From the NCBI GenBank assembly GCA_041288095.1, contig JBGGMJ010000190.1, positions 1 through 37,818 on the forward strand: DNA of 37,818 bases. Reading direction: 5' to 3'. Below the pieces are notes generated by a model, which saw only the letters and a program-made list of their open reading frames with translations, ran no database searches and was not told where the DNA came from. The position numbers were made by a program, and so were the translations under genes. Shown here in pieces: positions 37,001-37,818 of this stretch; the first letter of the stretch is position 1, and every line of letters starts with the position of its first letter. The stretch comes from Myxococcota bacterium. GTDB taxonomy: Bacteria; Myxococcota; XYA12-FULL-58-9; JALHOP01.

Positions 37001-37675
37001 GCTCACATAGATGTTGCCGGCGGGATCGACGGCGATGTCGCCGACCAAGCCGAAGTAGACTTCGTCGAGATTGCCGCCCCACGGACCGTAGCCGATGTCC
37101 TCCGCGACGCTCCACGAGGTGAGCACGCATTGGCCGCAACCGTCGTTGTCGTCGTCGTTACCGTCCTCACAGGTCTCGACGCCGACGTTGATGATGCGAT
37201 CGCCGCAAACATTGATGAGGCACGAGGTAAGGCAGCCGTCGGTATCCGCCGGGTTGCCGTCGTCACACTCCTCGACGCCTGTGTTCACGAAACCGTCGCC
37301 GCAGGTATTGCTCCTGCAGGTCTGCAGACAGGCGTCCGCATTGGCGGTGTTGCCGTCGTCGCACTCTTCACCCTCGTCGACGACACCGTTGCCACAGACC
37401 GTGCAGCTGCCGCGAAAGCAGGTTCCGTTCTCCCCGCCATCGGTGGTGCATTGATTGCCGTCGGCGGCGGTCCTGAAATCCGCGCCGGCTGCCTCCACGC
37501 AGGGGCGCGCTCCCGTCGTGCAGATGCCGACATCGAGGATGCAGCTCGTTCCCGTCGGACATTCGCTGCTCGACCGGCAAGTGACGACCGCGCCGCTTGG
37601 AACCGCCAGATCGACCCCGCAGGCGACGAGCCCTGCTGTCGCGATGATGGCCAATCGCCTGCGTCGTATCGTCAT
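34016..37675 (-). CDS. Large lipoprotein with Myxococcus-type Cys-rich repeats and multiple NHL beta-propeller repeats
   Basis: Signal/lipobox MTIRRRRLAIIATAGLVAC; three CG(N/D)..V..GEECDDGN-type repeats; many NHL units (P..(I/V)A.D..GN(I/L)(Y/F)V.D...(H/N).IR), several with GDGG.A. ATG 37675 preferred. Confidence 0.87.
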   Translation of the reverse strand: MTIRRRRLAIIATAGLVACGVDLAVPSGAVVTCRSSSECPTGTSCILDVGICTTGARPCVEAAGADFRTAADGNQCTTDGGENGTCFRGSCTVCGNGVVDEGEECDDGNTANADACLQTCRSNTCGDGFVNTGVEECDDGNPADTDGCLTSCLINVCGDRIINVGVETCEDGNDDDNDGCGQCVLTSWSVAEDIGYGPWGGNLDEVYFGLVGDIAVDPAGNIYVSDWSRHVIWRVEAGSRRARIYAGRAPVANDEGMPAMQASLYYPMGLATDRLGNLFVVDQGHYRILRIDYRTQVITRVAGSYGCFTGTCGDGGPALAAGMGYPLDVALDNVGGIYVSDELLTTGSFSGRLRYISPNGTISQWRGVDSPEAVAAYGTNSLLYTETNASSPFHHKLTRWTSGGGFQTVSGDIACASPTSSCGDGAVTGGRFNYPVSLAATELGDMIFIADRNDNKIRLVTPTTVSTIAGTGGPCSGDCESGEDAKLIGINGPQAITLGPDESVYFIDGARRIRRLTPNGATYRLETIGGSRISEPVYSGTAGTASKFQEPRIVAAAADGTAFVGESPSRRLYRVDPDGLIYRLSGSAVTCTDPTNPCGDGLAADTVPTFYRDDTGLAADAAGNVFFFDGPTGRLRRIARAGNILSTIAGNGVTCAPTTAPCGDGGAATAASFTAPSDIATAPDGSLYVSDLGGFRIRRIDPTGSTSTFVGTGIACAGPASCGDSGPRTTATLQGPRAVTVAANGDVYFFDGDGTNTTLRRIVAGGANVERLHAATNFSFSSGLAFDDASQSLLAGFDGEVRRYSVSGATASFAGVTDAIGCTSASDGVSALNWCIGNIVDVARSATGDVFVANYDGGVKRVSSTGIISTLIGQTDPLGTGSFTAGNLERPRQILHAPTAAGADVWWVANGFNVAAVDHVRRRIDGLVGYGFGPTNDGVVARYRGSFGDAAGVALDTTASPMRLFIADAAGNQIFVSSLVNPADPRTWLVSLYAGSSTGDHVNGPRASARFRQPMGLAYDESSGILYVADRGNHVIRAVDATSVTTVVGIPTVGLPDFDVPTGVPLDDAHLFFPEGVTLERVGGGLPNLLIADTGNHQVRRVDRVAQRVHVIAGDGSAGIAGSGTARFVAITSPRSVAVDSFGNLFVASGFTVRQVLAGDDGVATGDDELITIYGNRREDAPMSATACLSGIGVAPGDDRVSFTDVCSGFYVQLSREAL

Positions 37676-37710
37676 CCCCGAGGTTGTGGCCCAAACTCGC
37701 GCGGCGAGCA

Positions 37711-37745
37711 AAAGGCCCCCCGCGGCTCCAGCCGCTCAGGCCTTT
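37711..37745 (-). terminator. Hairpin, possible terminator after the upstream partial gene
   Basis: AAAGGCC..GCGGCT-CC-AGCCGC..GGCCTTT inverted repeat with only a short T run on the minus strand. Confidence 0.35.
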
Positions 37746-37818
37746 CGAAGCGCCGCGGCTTCCTGCGCGAATGCCTGCTCGAGGCGCTCCGCGCGGCCTT
37801 CGAGGTCGTGGACGCGGT
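37736..37818 (-). CDS. 3' end of a gene entering from beyond the window
   Basis: Minus-strand frame reads RVHDLEGRAERLEQAFAQEAAALRKA-stop (TGA at 37736-37738) with typical codon usage. Confidence 0.55.
   Translation of the reverse strand, partial: RVHDLEGRAERLEQAFAQEAAALRKA

Noticed and set aside
26169..37818. Prophage or integrative element at tRNA-Pro
   Set aside because: No integrase, phage structural genes or duplicated tRNA 3' end seen within the window.

Overview
High-GC bacterial DNA. Myxococcota-like origin is my inference from the Cys-rich repeat lipoproteins and the Hanks kinase. Housekeeping genes (3' end of gltD, glutathione peroxidase, M20 peptidase, carB, LOG, hutF, tRNA-Pro) are mixed with accessory genes. 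The standout is a translationally coupled three-gene operon on the minus strand (2593-17047). It encodes (i) a 4157-aa protein with the architecture of eukaryotic midasin (Rea1/Mdn1): six tandem AAA+ modules, a ~1350-aa helical linker, a Gly/Pro/acidic tether and two C-terminal MIDAS-bearing vWA domains; (ii) a Kelch-type beta-propeller protein; and (iii) a 130-aa protein resembling a free, catalytically dead AAA+ domain. Only AAA3 and AAA4 keep Walker A/B, and only AAA4 and AAA5 keep the arginine finger, consistent with a two-site motor. Other notable items: a coupled LPS-kinase-like / GT22 (PIG-B/Alg9-like) mannosyltransferase / LOG operon; a Ser/Thr kinase-adenylate cyclase-TM fusion; a ~525-bp non-coding inverted-repeat element; a duplicated promoter plus lipoprotein signal cassette; and a cluster of surface lipoproteins (DUF1554-like, Cys-rich, collagen/C1q-like, NHL). 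All calls are from reading motifs by eye; no database searches were run.
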